The notes beneath the pieces were generated by a model. It did not search any database, was not told the DNA's origin, and saw only the letters and a list, made by a program, of their open reading frames with translations. A DNA stretch of 64,000 nucleotides from Amphiscolops sp. MND2022 (lineage: Eukaryota). The stretch spans positions 64,418,001 through 64,482,000 of the forward strand of contig OZ076412.1 in NCBI GenBank assembly GCA_964187785.1, read 5' to 3'. The translations under genes were made by a program, and so were the position numbers. Positions 19,871 through 32,500 of the stretch are shown one piece after another (position 1 is the first letter of the stretch; the number at the start of each line of letters is the position of its first letter).

Positions 19871-19989
19871 ACGAGAAAATAAGCAGATCGTTGAAAAAAG
19901 TACAACACATCGAAAGGAAATCGTCATCTGCAGACGATTATAACTGCGACTACAGCACAATACAAAAGATAAAGGGCAAGAACCAAAAG

Positions 19990-22900
19990 GTATTCTACAA
20001 CAAAACACTATTGGTTACCGAGAGACTAGTCAAATTCATTATCGACAGTGGATCACCAAGTAACTCTAATTCCAAGTCGTTTATTCAACAAATCAACCGA
20101 AGTGGAACTACTATCTACCACTTATAAATTTGTAAACAATCAAAAAATTGAATTTACCAGTCAGACGAAAGCAATGGTCAAAACAAACAAAGAAACATTG
20201 AAACTACCATTACTTATAACCAAAACGTCAACAGCACTGTTATTGGGATTAGGCTGGATGCAACAGCTGGGCATACATCTCAAAACCAGTAACAGCGAAA
20301 TACAAATATACCACTTACAATTGGGATGTATCGAAGAAAAAATTACCGATCTGAAGAACAAACTCAGAGATTTGTTCTACAACAACAACGAAAGAAAAGA
20401 TCTATCGGTAAAAATAAACCCAAAAGAAGGAGCACAAATGATACAATCAAACGGAAGACTTATACGGATACATCTATAAGATCAAGCAGCAAAAGAACTA
20501 GAATGATTGGTAGAACAATAGTACATAGAAAGAGTAACTGAAATAACAGAAGATTGCTTTGTAAGCCCAGCAGTCAAAATAGTAAAGAAAGACAAACAGT
20601 CAAAAGTGCGTTACATTCACCAAAATTCAACGAAATGACAAAAAAAGAAAAGCACAAACGCCAATATGGAAGAGCTAATTTCACAAATATCCAAAAAAAT
20701 CTCCAAAAGAGAAGAAGGAGAAACTCTGGCAACAAAACTAGACTTTGATTATGCATATGGACAAAGAAAACGTGACGAGAAAAAAAGAAACTTATGCATT
20801 TTCATTGTTACAGTTTGAAAATTCACAGGATATCACCGTTTCCTGAAAAGATTCTACAGACTAGCAGACATTTCAGCAATTTTCCAAGAACGGATTGATA
20901 AATCCCTGGAATACAAACACCCGGCATGGCTTGACGACATAATAATAGTAACGGAAAGAGACATAAAGAAGCATGAAACGGAAGGTCGGGAAGAGCTTCT
21001 TCAACGATGAAGAAGCTGAAAAAAACTGGGTACAGGCTGTACCCAAAGAAATGCGAAATTTCCAAGAAAGAAATCAAATGGGTGGGTCACAAAATTGATC
21101 AACATCGAATACGCCCTTTGCAAGATAAACTGGAAGCAATAACAGAAAGAAACCCACCAAAAAACGAAAAGGAGTTAAAATCATTTTGGGAGCAATATAA
21201 TATCTCTCAAAATACGTAAAAGCCTATTGACAAACACGGACATCTTGAGAAAATTATTGAAGAAAAATAACTATTGGAAATGGACAGAAGAACACACAAA
21301 CGCTTTCAATAAACTAAAGGAATTCAATACAAATATTCCATGCCTTGCACACTGTAACGCGCAAAATGAGATTATATCACATATGGACGCCAGTAAAAAG
21401 GGATTGGAAGCAGCACTGTGTCAAAGTCAGAAGATTGGAAATTTAAAGCCGGTCAGATATGCTAGCAGATTTTTATCGGATCTCGAGGAGAAATACGCGA
21501 TAAATGAGCTAGAGCTTCTCGCGAAGGTGTGGGGACTGGAACATTTCCGACTTCATATATACGGAAGTCAAATCGAACTGCTAACAGACATTCAAGCGTT
21601 AGATTCAATAATAAAAAAAACATACCAAACAAAACATACAGTGCAAGATTACAACGATGGTTGGACAGACTTGCTCACTTTGATAAAAAACAAAACTTAT
21701 TGCAGGCAAACACCTGGGAGTAACCAATTGTTTGAGTATAAATCCAATACCAAAGCCCAAACCAATCGACGACTACGACGAAGAATACGTAATCAATTGT
21801 ATAACACCACTAATTGAGTTCATTATTAACCACGGCAGCATCGACGAGTCCTTGAAAAAAGCAATACGAACGGACCGCTCAAAGAAGTGTGATAAGAACT
21901 CCAACCATTTACAAACGAGCTACCAAAACAAACCAATGCAAAGTGAAAGTAGAACGAACAACCGTAATTCGTTGCTATCATCTAAACAACCAGTATCACT
22001 CATAAAACCCATCAACCGAAAGAAAACGATACAATTATCAGAATGAACAACAAGAAATTTGAATAATTAGAAAGAGAAGATACATCAGCGGAGACGCTGA
22101 CCTGGACAAACAGGTGGAAAGAATTGGTTAAACTTAACGATTACAGAATGACAAATGGCGTCTAAAAAAAGTACAACTCACTAAGATATCACAAAATGGA
22201 AGCTAGAAGACTAGAAATCGAACTACATCAACAAATAAAGAAACTAATCTGAACAAAATGAAGCAGCGAAATCAAGACAGCCCAGAAGATAAATCAAGAC
22301 GAGAAGAACTATTCAGAGTAATACAAAAGATCCACAACACACCGTTACCAAAAAATGACACAGAGCAAGGGACAAGCGGCACAATACAAACAGAAGAGAC
22401 CGATCAACTGAGCGAAGAGACCATGACATCCAATTCCAATGACTCTATGGAGGTACCGGCCATAAACTTCAAAAAGTATCTAAGCGCTACCGGCGTAAGA
22501 TACATACAGATGGGACAGACGAGCCACGTTCAAAGTAACAATGAATGGAACTTGGACAGTACGCCAGGCCGACCAAAATCTCGGAGCATACCTTAGAATC
22601 AACGCCACGGAAACTACGGACGACGACAAGTTGCTTAAAACCTCGGTTTGCCTGAAAAGATACCCGAAGAATACAAACCATATACGAAAAATTTGTTCAC
22701 TAGATCGGGGGTGATGTTTTATGATGACAAAATCATAGTACGAATAAACCTCAGAAACACCGTGATTACACTTCTGCATAAAAGCCACCAATCTAATAAC
22801 AAGAAGAGCAAAGCTGCAAAGCCATTCTGGTGGCCGAGACTTACCACCAGACGATAAAACAAATTCGGAAATCCAATTGGATTTCATCGGGCCGATAAGA

Positions 22901-25600
22901 TTTAAGCAGCGACGATTTTTCATACTAGCATCGATAAATCGATACAGCAGATGGCCAGCAGCTTGCTTCTGAAAAAAACCTACCGGAAAAACTGCAAAAC
23001 AAATTTTGGAACATAATATCACTCCTTATGACATACCACAAACAATCAAGGGATAAAGGTAAGGCCTGTACCGGAAAAGAACTCAGAGAAATTTGTGAAA
23101 ACTTGAATAATAAATTGGTATACGGAACACCGTATATTCACGCGCTAACCGGTCTGGTGGAAAAGGGCATCAAAACGTAAAAAGCGTACGTGAGAACAAA
23201 CCTTTGGGGAGGCTGCATTTTAACCGGAGCTCTAAGCTGTTCCCTAAAGACTATTCACTATGAGAACAACGGCCCATTCAAGTAACAAAGAATCGCCATT
23301 TGAAAGGCACTACGGCAGAAAACCTAGAGTTAAGTATTCACTTCAGTTAGGTATTCACTTGAATATATCAAGTCCAAACCAGAAAACAACTGTTGTTCCA
23401 GCTAAACCGGAAACATTGCAAGTGTACTCGTTTTCCAACAAGGACGAACACCACGACCAACTGGCGATGAAAACACCTAGAAGACTGAAAAAAGACGTTG
23501 GTGAAAAAATTCCATACCTCTCTCTAGAAAAGAATGTGAACAAAAACAAATTCGAAACTGCATATGACACAAAACCACAAGTAGCCATTACCGGAACGAA
23601 ACACACTATTACCATCGATACAAATAAAGTATTACACCGAAAACGAGCAAGTAAATTTTTTTCAAACACATTTCAGAATCAACTCTCCAGACGCAGCGAG
23701 AACCCTAGAGGACCGCACCGTCGTTCCTCACCCATGAGATTGGACCAGTCCAACCAATCAGACGAATTGAAATTATCAGAATGAACAACAAGAAAATTGA
23801 ACAATTAGAAAAAAAGATCCATCAGCGGCCACGCTGGGCTTGACAAACTGGTGGAAAGAATTGGTTAAACCAAACGATTACAGAATGACAAATGGCGTCT
23901 GGAAAAAGTACAACCCACCAAGATATCACAGAATGAAAATTGAAAGACTAGACAAAAAACTACACCAACAAATCAACAAACTAATCTAGACAAAATGAAG
24001 CAGCAAAATCAAGAAAGTCCGGACGATAAGTCAAGCCGAGAGGAACTATTCAGAGTAAAAGAAAAGATCTGCAACACAACGTTACCAAACAATAACAAAG
24101 AGCAAGGGACAAGCGGCACAATACAAACAAAAGAGACCGATCAACTGAGGGAAGAGACCATGTCATCCAATTCCAATGACTCTTTGGACGTAGCGGCCAT
24201 AAACTTCAAAAAGTATTTAATCGCTACCGGCGTAAGATACATAAAGATGGGACAGGCAAGTCACGTTCAAAGTAACAACGAAAGGAACTTGGACAGTACG
24301 CCAGGCCGAACAAAAACTGGCAACAGACCTAAAAATCACCGTCACGGAAACCACGAACGACGACAAATTGCCTAAAATCTTGGTTTGCCTGGAAAGGAAG
24401 ACGAGGAATCAGATTCCTGACGAATACAAACCACATACGAAAAAACTGTCCACTAGATCGGGGTAATATTTTATGATGACAAAATCATTGTACCAAAAAA
24501 CCTCAGAAACACCGCGATTACACTCCTGCATAAAGACCACCCATCTATTAACAAGAAGAGCAATGCTGCAAAGCCATTCTGGTGGTCGAGAATGGGCGAG
24601 GGTATTGGGGAGAAATGCGACGAGTGTATACCATGCAAGATGATAGGTAAGAGCGTTCAGCCACACTTACTGAAGTCAGAATTCATTACTTACAACCAGT
24701 CGATAAAACAAATTAAGAAATCCAATGGGATTTCATCTGGTCAATAAGATTTAAACAGCAACGAGTTTTCATACTAGCATCGATAGATCGATACAGCAGA
24801 TAGCCAGCAGCGTGCATCCGCCAAAAACCTACCGGAAAAACTGCAAAACAGTTTCTGGAACAATATATCGCTCTTAAGGATATACCACAAACCATCCGAA
24901 CGGATAAAGGTATGGCCTGTACCGGGAACAAATTCAGAGAATTTTGTAAAAACTTGAATATTAAATTGGTATACGGAACACCGTATATTCACACACCAAC
25001 CGGTCTGGTGGAAAGGGGCATCAAACGTTGAAAGATTACATGAGAACAAACCTTTGGGACGGCTGCATTTTAACTGAAGCCAAGCTGTTCCCTAAACATT
25101 ATGCATTATGAGAACAGCGGTCCAATGAGTATTAAAGAATGGCCATTTGAAAGGCACTACGGCAGAAAGCCGACATCGGTGTTAAGTATTTATTTGAATA
25201 TATGAAGTCCAAACCGAAAAACAACTGTTGTTTATGGCAAATCGGAATCATTGCAGGTGTACTTGTTTTCCAACAAAGACGGACACCACGACCAACTGGT
25301 AATGAAAACACTCAGAAGACGTTAGTAAAAAAGTTCCATACCTCTTTCTAGAAAAAAATTAAGCAACAACAAATTCTAAAGTGCATTTGACACAAAACCA
25401 CAAGTAGCCGTTACGGGAACGAAACTTACTTTTATCATCGATACAAATGAAGTAATACACCGAAAACGAGCAAGTAAACCTCTATCAAATACATTTCAGA
25501 ATCCACTCTCCAGTCGCAGCGAGAACACTAGAGGACCGGACGGTCGTTCCACGCCCATAAGATTGGACCAGTTCAATCAATCGGACGAATTAAAATTCCC
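19990..25600 (+). pseudogene. pol: pol remnant (PR, RT, RNase H, duplicated integrase)
   Basis: FIIDSGS (PR), LDFDYAYGQ and WLDDII (RT), MDASKKGL / ELELLAKVWGLEHF (RH), FWWP, IQLDFIGP, IRTDKG, GLVE (IN); many frameshifts and stops. Confidence 0.85.
22034..25597 (+). repeat. Tandem duplication (~1.74 + ~1.83 kb) of the integrase region
   Basis: AATTATCAGAATGAACAACAAGA starts at 22034 and 23771; copies are colinear and diverged, and copy 1 lacks ~100 nt present near 24595-24700. Confidence 0.9.
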
Positions 25601-27981
25601 AGAAAGGGAAAGCACGACAGTCCTGGAGGAAAGCATGATGGAAGCGATGCTAAACGGAAACCCCCAGCGATGTAAGCTCAGGTTACGGTAGGGGAAGAAA
25701 AAAGCTGATCAGAAATAAATCGGAACAAAACTTACCAGGACAAAACAATTCACGCATGCATCTAGACACATTGACACAAGAACAACAAATAGAGACACCA
25801 GAAACAGCTGACGAAAATTGTGACACGATAACTGTGGTGGATAGAAACGGTAACACTGATTCAATAAAAATTGAACAAATAGAAAACATAAATATGAACA
25901 CAAACAATGAAAACGAAACAACACGATAATCCACGAGAACAAAAACACAGAACCCTGTTTCTTGTTATGGTACCTCAATAACACCTTGAGTCTTACAGGA
26001 ACCATAGTATACAAGTGGAACAGTCAAAACGCCCAGTCAAAAGAGTAGTCTTCTGGGCTGTCTACCTTTATGTTAATGCTATTGCTTGTACATTTTATCG
26101 TAGTAGACTCAGTTAGATTTGGATACGAGCTTCTTACAGCAATATAGACCAGAATGGAATTTTTTCTACCGCAACGATCTGCATTTGCTCATTCAAAGAA
26201 ATAAAATTTCTACTTTGCAGACGACTCGATTGTTGTTAAATCAGAAGGAAATTTCCAATATACGCATCTAAGCAGATTTGAGGAATCTGATTGACTGCTT
26301 TCAACGTGATAAACTTGAGGTAGATGTCGAAAGACGTGAAGATTTCACATTTGGGGCTCGTAATCTGGTTTAAGTCTTTTTAGTCGGCTCCTAATGAAAA
26401 TTGCCCGACTCTTACAGTGACTTTTCTCTCCACACCACAGACCTCACACTGAAAGGTCCACTTTTTACAGAAACTACCAGAACTACTAAGGGCTAGTCCA
26501 GCCAGCGGAAACTTACTGCAAAGGGTCCCCGTTTCATTTTTTACTTTCTTAGCGTAACCTAGAAACCCGGACGAGACTAAAGGGTCCCCCTTTTCGATTG
26601 TTTTTCGACACTATGAGACTTTTTCCAAAATTTTGAGTGTCTTCAAAGAGTTTTTTAGTATTCAAAGTATTCAATGGTTAATCTCTCCCCCTTCGAGTTT
26701 TTTGATTTTTTGCAACAAATGAATGTTAAAAAATAAAAAAGAAAAATCCTTGCAGCTGTGTGGTCTGCCATATTTATGTGTGCTTTGTGCTTTGATGTAT
26801 TTTCGCTGGGTCTAGCCGAATTTACCAGCCCGAGAGATAGCTTTTGCAATTTTAGATACTATTTCCATGTCACCCTGAAGGTGGAAATTCATCTCATTTT
26901 TGACATTAATTTTATGTGCTAGTTAAGCAGTGGTCTTTAGCGAGTCAGAAAGATGCCTTTTACTATTAGCAATCAAAGACTAGGACCGGTTGGACGGTAT
27001 GTGTCGAAGCAACCACGGCCTCGAGACGTATTTCACCCCTGGAGGCAAAATGGATCTGTGGCGATGGGCGCCCGTCTCGAGCGATTTACCCATTTCTGCA
27101 GGTTCCTTCACCTCTGTTAACGAATTAAGCGACCGACAACAGCTTGCCGTTACATGGGATGGGCGCCTGTCCCGAGCAATACACCCTTTTCTGCAGTTTC
27201 CGCCACCTCTGTCAACGTGTTAAGCGACTTATCACTGCTTGCCGTTACAAAACCTGTCGCAAAACAATTTCAGAACACTTCACGAATCGTTTGCAGTTGC
27301 CTGCCTTACGTGGATGATTTTGATACTTTCAAAAATTGAACAAAGGAGATTGAACAAGATTATTTATACAAACCTTTGCTCAACTATTTATCACAGATTA
27401 GAAGCACCTTTTTAAGTTTTGAAAACTTTAAAAACAAACTTCTTTCCATCCAAAGTCTGAATTGAAGTTTTTCCATTCTTGAGGCGAGGTCTAGAAGAGC
27501 ACAAGTGCTTCAGGTGAATATTTGTTTCGAAACGAAATGATAACTTTTCTATAATGTTAGGAAACGAAATCATCTTCCCAGATAACATTCAAATAGCACT
27601 GTATTGATTAACAGTTAATACAATGAATCTGTGTGAAAATGTACAAAAACAAGTAAAATGTGGAGTGCAGCATGATAAAAACAATGATATAAGAAGGCAA
27701 CATATTCAATGAAAATGTGAAACACAAACTGAAACTCTTCATGCTGGGCAATTTCTGGCATTGTCCCAATGAGACTCAAAAAGTCTCCCACGACAGAAAC
27801 CGCAGCAATGTTTCTCGGTTTTTCTGAACAGCCTTGTGATGACCGCGTATAGTATCTACATGAACAAAATCTAAACCAAAAGCCCCTAATCAGAGCAGAC
27901 ATAGAACACAACCCATATCGAAGAGATAAAAATTCAACCGCTTAGAAAAATTGCTATTTCATTGATTCATTCATGTAACCA

Positions 27982-28181
27982 NNNNNNNNNNNNNNNNNNN
28001 NNNNNNNNNNNNNNNNNNNNNNNNNNNNNNNNNNNNNNNNNNNNNNNNNNNNNNNNNNNNNNNNNNNNNNNNNNNNNNNNNNNNNNNNNNNNNNNNNNNN
28101 NNNNNNNNNNNNNNNNNNNNNNNNNNNNNNNNNNNNNNNNNNNNNNNNNNNNNNNNNNNNNNNNNNNNNNNNNNNNNNNNN
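27982..28181. other. Assembly gap (200 N); further gaps at 28638-28835, 31245-31462, 31523-31808 and 54582-54781
   Basis: Runs of N. Confidence 1.
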
Positions 28182-29013
28182 GTATTTGTCAGAACCTCAG
28201 CATCTGCCGGATCTGCAGAGTCAAAATGTGGACCTTATCTTTCCAAAAATCTGCTTTTTAAATGCCTGCTTCGTGTGAGTGTTGGGTCATTGAGTGGCGG
28301 GCTTGATCGACAAGTAGAGGCATGACTTGTCTCACGGACAGTTATGCAGTGCGGAGGCTGCACACTATGAAAAGCCTTTGGGCAACACACCTCTGATAAA
28401 GATTTTAGAAAATGTGCAAAATCGGACGCGCGAAAAATACAAAAAAAAAAATGCGGAAAGTGTCTGAAATATGCAAAAGATAGTGAAACATGGTCGGAAG
28501 AAATCGTGAAAAGTGCTGAGAAAATGTGCGAAAAGTTGTGAAAAACGCAGTTCCGGGACCGCAGGCAGAACCATTTTTTGAGTGCAAAACATGTTACATG
28601 GAATATTTGACGGTTTTCTGGCCAGGCTGTCTGCATGNNNNNNNNNNNNNNNNNNNNNNNNNNNNNNNNNNNNNNNNNNNNNNNNNNNNNNNNNNNNNNN
28701 NNNNNNNNNNNNNNNNNNNNNNNNNNNNNNNNNNNNNNNNNNNNNNNNNNNNNNNNNNNNNNNNNNNNNNNNNNNNNNNNNNNNNNNNNNNNNNNNNNNN
28801 NNNNNNNNNNNNNNNNNNNNNNNNNNNNNNNNNNNGTTGCTGTGTTGTCTCCACGATGAAAACTTTTGTGGATAAAACGACTAATGTCATCAAAACAAGG
28901 GGCTCCTCCTTGACTAGTGGCAGGAGAAAGAAGAGGAACATAATCCTTGGCTTTGTGCTTCTTGCAAGACAGGATTGCGGTGGCAAGTCCTCCTCACATG
29001 ATATCTCTGGCTA

Positions 29014-29270
29014 GTGCAAGGACACTCCCATGCAAGAATCGCAGACGTGTTCTGGTCTTCATTAGTTGGATCTGTATGTGGCCGTGTGAAGGTTGTGAAC
29101 TTCCATAATGGGGCTGAGAATGTGAAGATCGGCTTCGTTGGATTTTACCCACATGCGGACAACTACGTCTTCTCATTTCCATCCGAGACAGTCAACTTGG
29201 ATCCAAGGATCCTCGCAATTGGAGCAATGGTATTAGATGTTGCCATGCGAAGTGAGAAGCCCAAAAAGGA
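29014..29270 (+). CDS. Possible C-terminal fragment of a scramblase/LURP-one (Tubby C-like) protein
   Basis: HADNYVFSFPSETVNLDPRILAIGAMVLDVAM resembles the scramblase C-terminus (ADNFGIQFP..D..KAVMIGACFLID); exon structure is unresolved. Confidence 0.3.
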
Positions 29271-29284
29271 GGACAAACCAAGCA

Positions 29285-29465
29285 CCTTGAAGACCCTAAC
29301 CTCCAATAATAAGGAGGCTAGACCCCTTTTATGCCAGTTGTTCTCAACGATTCAAGGGTTTTAGAGCTCTGGAAGGTGAAATGGCTAGTTTGTCTAGGAA
29401 CCACTGGGGAAAAGAGAAAGAAAGGGGTCTGACCTCCTCATCTGAGGAGGTTAGGGTTTTCAAGG
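29285..29465. mobile_element. MITE-like element family A, copy 1
   Basis: ~20-bp terminal inverted repeats CCTTGAAGACCCTAACCTCC / GGAGGTTAGGGTTTTCAAGG; second copy at 30080-30258. Confidence 0.75.
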
Positions 29466-29697
29466 TGAAGAGCGAAAAGGTCCAGAAAGAGCAGTGCTGG
29501 TGGTGAGATCCAGACACACAAATAGTACAGCATAGCTTGAGGAGCTACCGGGCCCCCCCACCCTGCCCTACCCTTGGCAGCAGCCCCGTCCTGAGGAGCT
29601 ACAGTGCCATGGAACCATCCGCAATGACCTTCCCCTTGGCCCCAACCCCTCCCCCACACCTCCCGAAATTCACATCCAAGTGCAACGTTTCAATAGT

Positions 29698-29904
29698 TGG
29701 CGAAAACCAGAAGGGGCCGGCAATAAACGTCACGACAATTCGCGACATATTGTGACATTTCCCGACATTATACGACAAGTTTCATCTCTCTCAAAACGAC
29801 ATAAAACGTCATAACTCGTTGAAAAATATCATAAGACATTTAAGACATTTTATAACCAATGTTTTTGCCGTCTCTGTTTGCCGTCCCCTTTTTTGATTTT
29901 GCCG
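29698..29904. mobile_element. MITE-like element family B, copy 1
   Basis: TIR GGCGAAAACCAGAAGGGGCCGGCA / TGCCGTCCCCTTTTTTGATTTTGCC with internal CGACA/TGTCG repeats; related copy at 61450-61694. Confidence 0.7.
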
Positions 29905-30079
29905 AAACAGTTGCAGTAGTTGGACAAAGTCAGGGGGAAAATTCAGCAGACGTTGGGCAAGTTCATGTTTCAGAGAAACTCAGCGGGGAATTTGCAGGTC
30001 TGAAGAGAGTAGACATTCTTGAAAGTTATTCGACGCCATTTGGACTCCCTCACACATTATTGGAAGTTAAGGCGTTAGT

Positions 30080-30258
30080 CCTTGAAGACCCTAACCTCCT
30101 TAAAAAAGGAGCTTAGACCCCTTGTTTGCCTGTTTTCTCCGCGGTTGAAGTGTTTTGGAGGTCCCTAGTGTGAATTTTCTTTTTTGTCTAGAAGCCGCTG
30201 GGAAAACAGAAAACAGGGGGTTCTAACCTGCTTAGAGAAGGAGGTTAGGGTTTTCAAG
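30080..30258. mobile_element. MITE-like element family A, copy 2
   Basis: Same TIRs and similar interior to 29285-29465. Confidence 0.75.
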
Positions 30259-30740
30259 ACACACTTTGTCAGGCGTTAAGGCGTTATTGTGACACATCCC
30301 CAAGAGGTTACTGCACAATAGCACAATGGCAAGTTTGCTGAATCAAACCATCTGACGTACAATTTCCATTCCCCCCCTTGGTCTATGCGTGAAAACGCGC
30401 CCCGTTTGTCACTTCGGTGTTTGAGCCCGGCTCCCTCAAAAGTTTTGGCAGCACAAGGAAACGCAGCGTCTGCAGTTCAAAAGATGACCCTCTCTGAGTC
30501 AAATCTGGGTTTGAAACTCAAGGGTCAAGGGAAAGCGAAGCTGAGATGCCACTTTCCCAGCGTTTCATTGCTAAAATGCTCGATGTTAGGCCCAAGCATA
30601 TGGTACGCTTTTCTTCTTGGATCTCTTCAAATACCCTCCACAACATGGGCGAAACCCAATCTCGAATACCAAAGTGACAAAAAAAGCGCGCTTTCAGACA
30701 CCGATAACCTTTTTCTGATGGCTCCTGGTGAGCCATAATG

Positions 30741-30796
<56 letters not shown>

Positions 30797-31952
30797 GGCG
30801 GGGTGGTGACCTTTGACCTACCTATGTTGACCTTTGACCTACCTATGCTGACCTTTGACCTACCTATGTTGACCTTTGATCTACCAAAACGCTCCGTTCT
30901 GCAGAAAGAAGCACATTTAGGTAGGTCAAAGGTCACCACGGTCCATGGAACGTGGTGACCTTTGATCTGCCTTGGCCTCCTTTCTGCAGAAATAAGCGTT
31001 TTTTTTCCCCAAACGTTTGCCACTTTTGACCTCAAGTTGGCAAAAAAAAACCTTAAAACATGAAATTGTTGAACAGCCATTTTGAAGCCTGACATGTTTT
31101 ATTTGGCTGATGCTTCCCTTTCTATTGTCTTGTTTCTCTTGATTATGTATTTTTTTGTTCCTTCCTTTCTTTCCTTTCTTTCTTACTTTCTTTCTTTAGC
31201 TCTGATTTTCTTCTTCTGCTTCTTTGACTTAGACGCAAAAGAAGNNNNNNNNNNNNNNNNNNNNNNNNNNNNNNNNNNNNNNNNNNNNNNNNNNNNNNNN
31301 NNNNNNNNNNNNNNNNNNNNNNNNNNNNNNNNNNNNNNNNNNNNNNNNNNNNNNNNNNNNNNNNNNNNNNNNNNNNNNNNNNNNNNNNNNNNNNNNNNNN
31401 NNNNNNNNNNNNNNNNNNNNNNNNNNNNNNNNNNNNNNNNNNNNNNNNNNNNNNNNNNNNNNAACACTGGGAAACAAGGTTTCTTTTTTGTTTTCTTGTG
31501 GGTGTTCTGGGGTAAACAACAANNNNNNNNNNNNNNNNNNNNNNNNNNNNNNNNNNNNNNNNNNNNNNNNNNNNNNNNNNNNNNNNNNNNNNNNNNNNNN
31601 NNNNNNNNNNNNNNNNNNNNNNNNNNNNNNNNNNNNNNNNNNNNNNNNNNNNNNNNNNNNNNNNNNNNNNNNNNNNNNNNNNNNNNNNNNNNNNNNNNNN
31701 NNNNNNNNNNNNNNNNNNNNNNNNNNNNNNNNNNNNNNNNNNNNNNNNNNNNNNNNNNNNNNNNNNNNNNNNNNNNNNNNNNNNNNNNNNNNNNNNNNNN
31801 NNNNNNNNAAAAACATGGACAACAACAACAAAACAACAACAAAACCAAAAAACAACAACAACAGCAACAAAAACAACAAACAAGAACAACAACAGCAACA
31901 AAACAAAACACAACAACAACCACAGCAACAACCAACAACCAACAACCAACAA

Positions 31953-31997
<45 letters not shown>

Positions 31998-32460
31998 AAA
32001 CAACCAAAAAAAACCCAAAAAAACAAAAACCTCAAAAAAGTCTAGGTAGATCAAAGGTCAACATGGTAGATCAAAGGTCAACATAGTGTTGACCTTTGAT
32101 CTACCTTCATGTTTTTTGCAAAATTGATGTTGACCTTTGACCTACCAAAATTTGCTTATTTCTGCAGAAGGGAGGGGTAGGTAGGTCAAAGGTCAACATA
32201 GGTAGGTCAAAGGTCAACACACTGTTTTTTCAACAAAACCAGGTAGGTCAAAGGTCACCACGTTCCATGGAACGTGGTGACCTTTGACCTACCTCAAGCG
32301 CTTATTTCTGCAGAGCCAAGCGTTTTCGAAAAAAAAAAAAAAAGGTAGGTCAAAGGTCAACACAGGTAGGTCAAAGGTCACCAAAATGGTTTTCTTTTAA
32401 TCATTTGGTACGATAAATTCCAGGAAAAACAGCTAGGTAGGTCAAAGGTCACCACCCACC

Positions 32461-32461
<1 letters not shown>
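30797..32461. mobile_element. Non-autonomous TIR element inserted in a (TAC)n microsatellite, with subterminal AGGTCAAAGGTCA arrays
   Basis: TIR GGCGGGGTGGTGACCTTTGACCTACC / GGTAGGTCAAAGGTCACCACCCACCC; TA on both sides; (TAC)n at 30741-30796 and 32462-32500; interior is partly gapped. Confidence 0.75.

Positions 32462-32500
<39 letters not shown>

Larger units (their letters stand above)
18781..26151 (+). mobile_element. Decayed Ty3/Gypsy LTR retrotransposon (second family)
   Basis: LTR ending ...AATATAGAACA at 18992 followed by PBS TGGCGCAGTC (18993-19002); degenerate partial 3' LTR 26059-26151 matches 18857-18992 with a deletion; fragmented gag and pol in between. The 5' boundary is approximate (18763 or 18781). 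Confidence 0.85.

Noticed and set aside
27063-27250. ~95-bp two-copy repeat as a structured RNA or CRISPR
   Set aside because: Only two diverged tandem copies; no recognisable RNA family.
27962-32086. Long ORFs containing X runs or poly-L/V/C/Q/T
   Set aside because: Artefacts of N gaps and (TAC)n/(CAA)n microsatellites.
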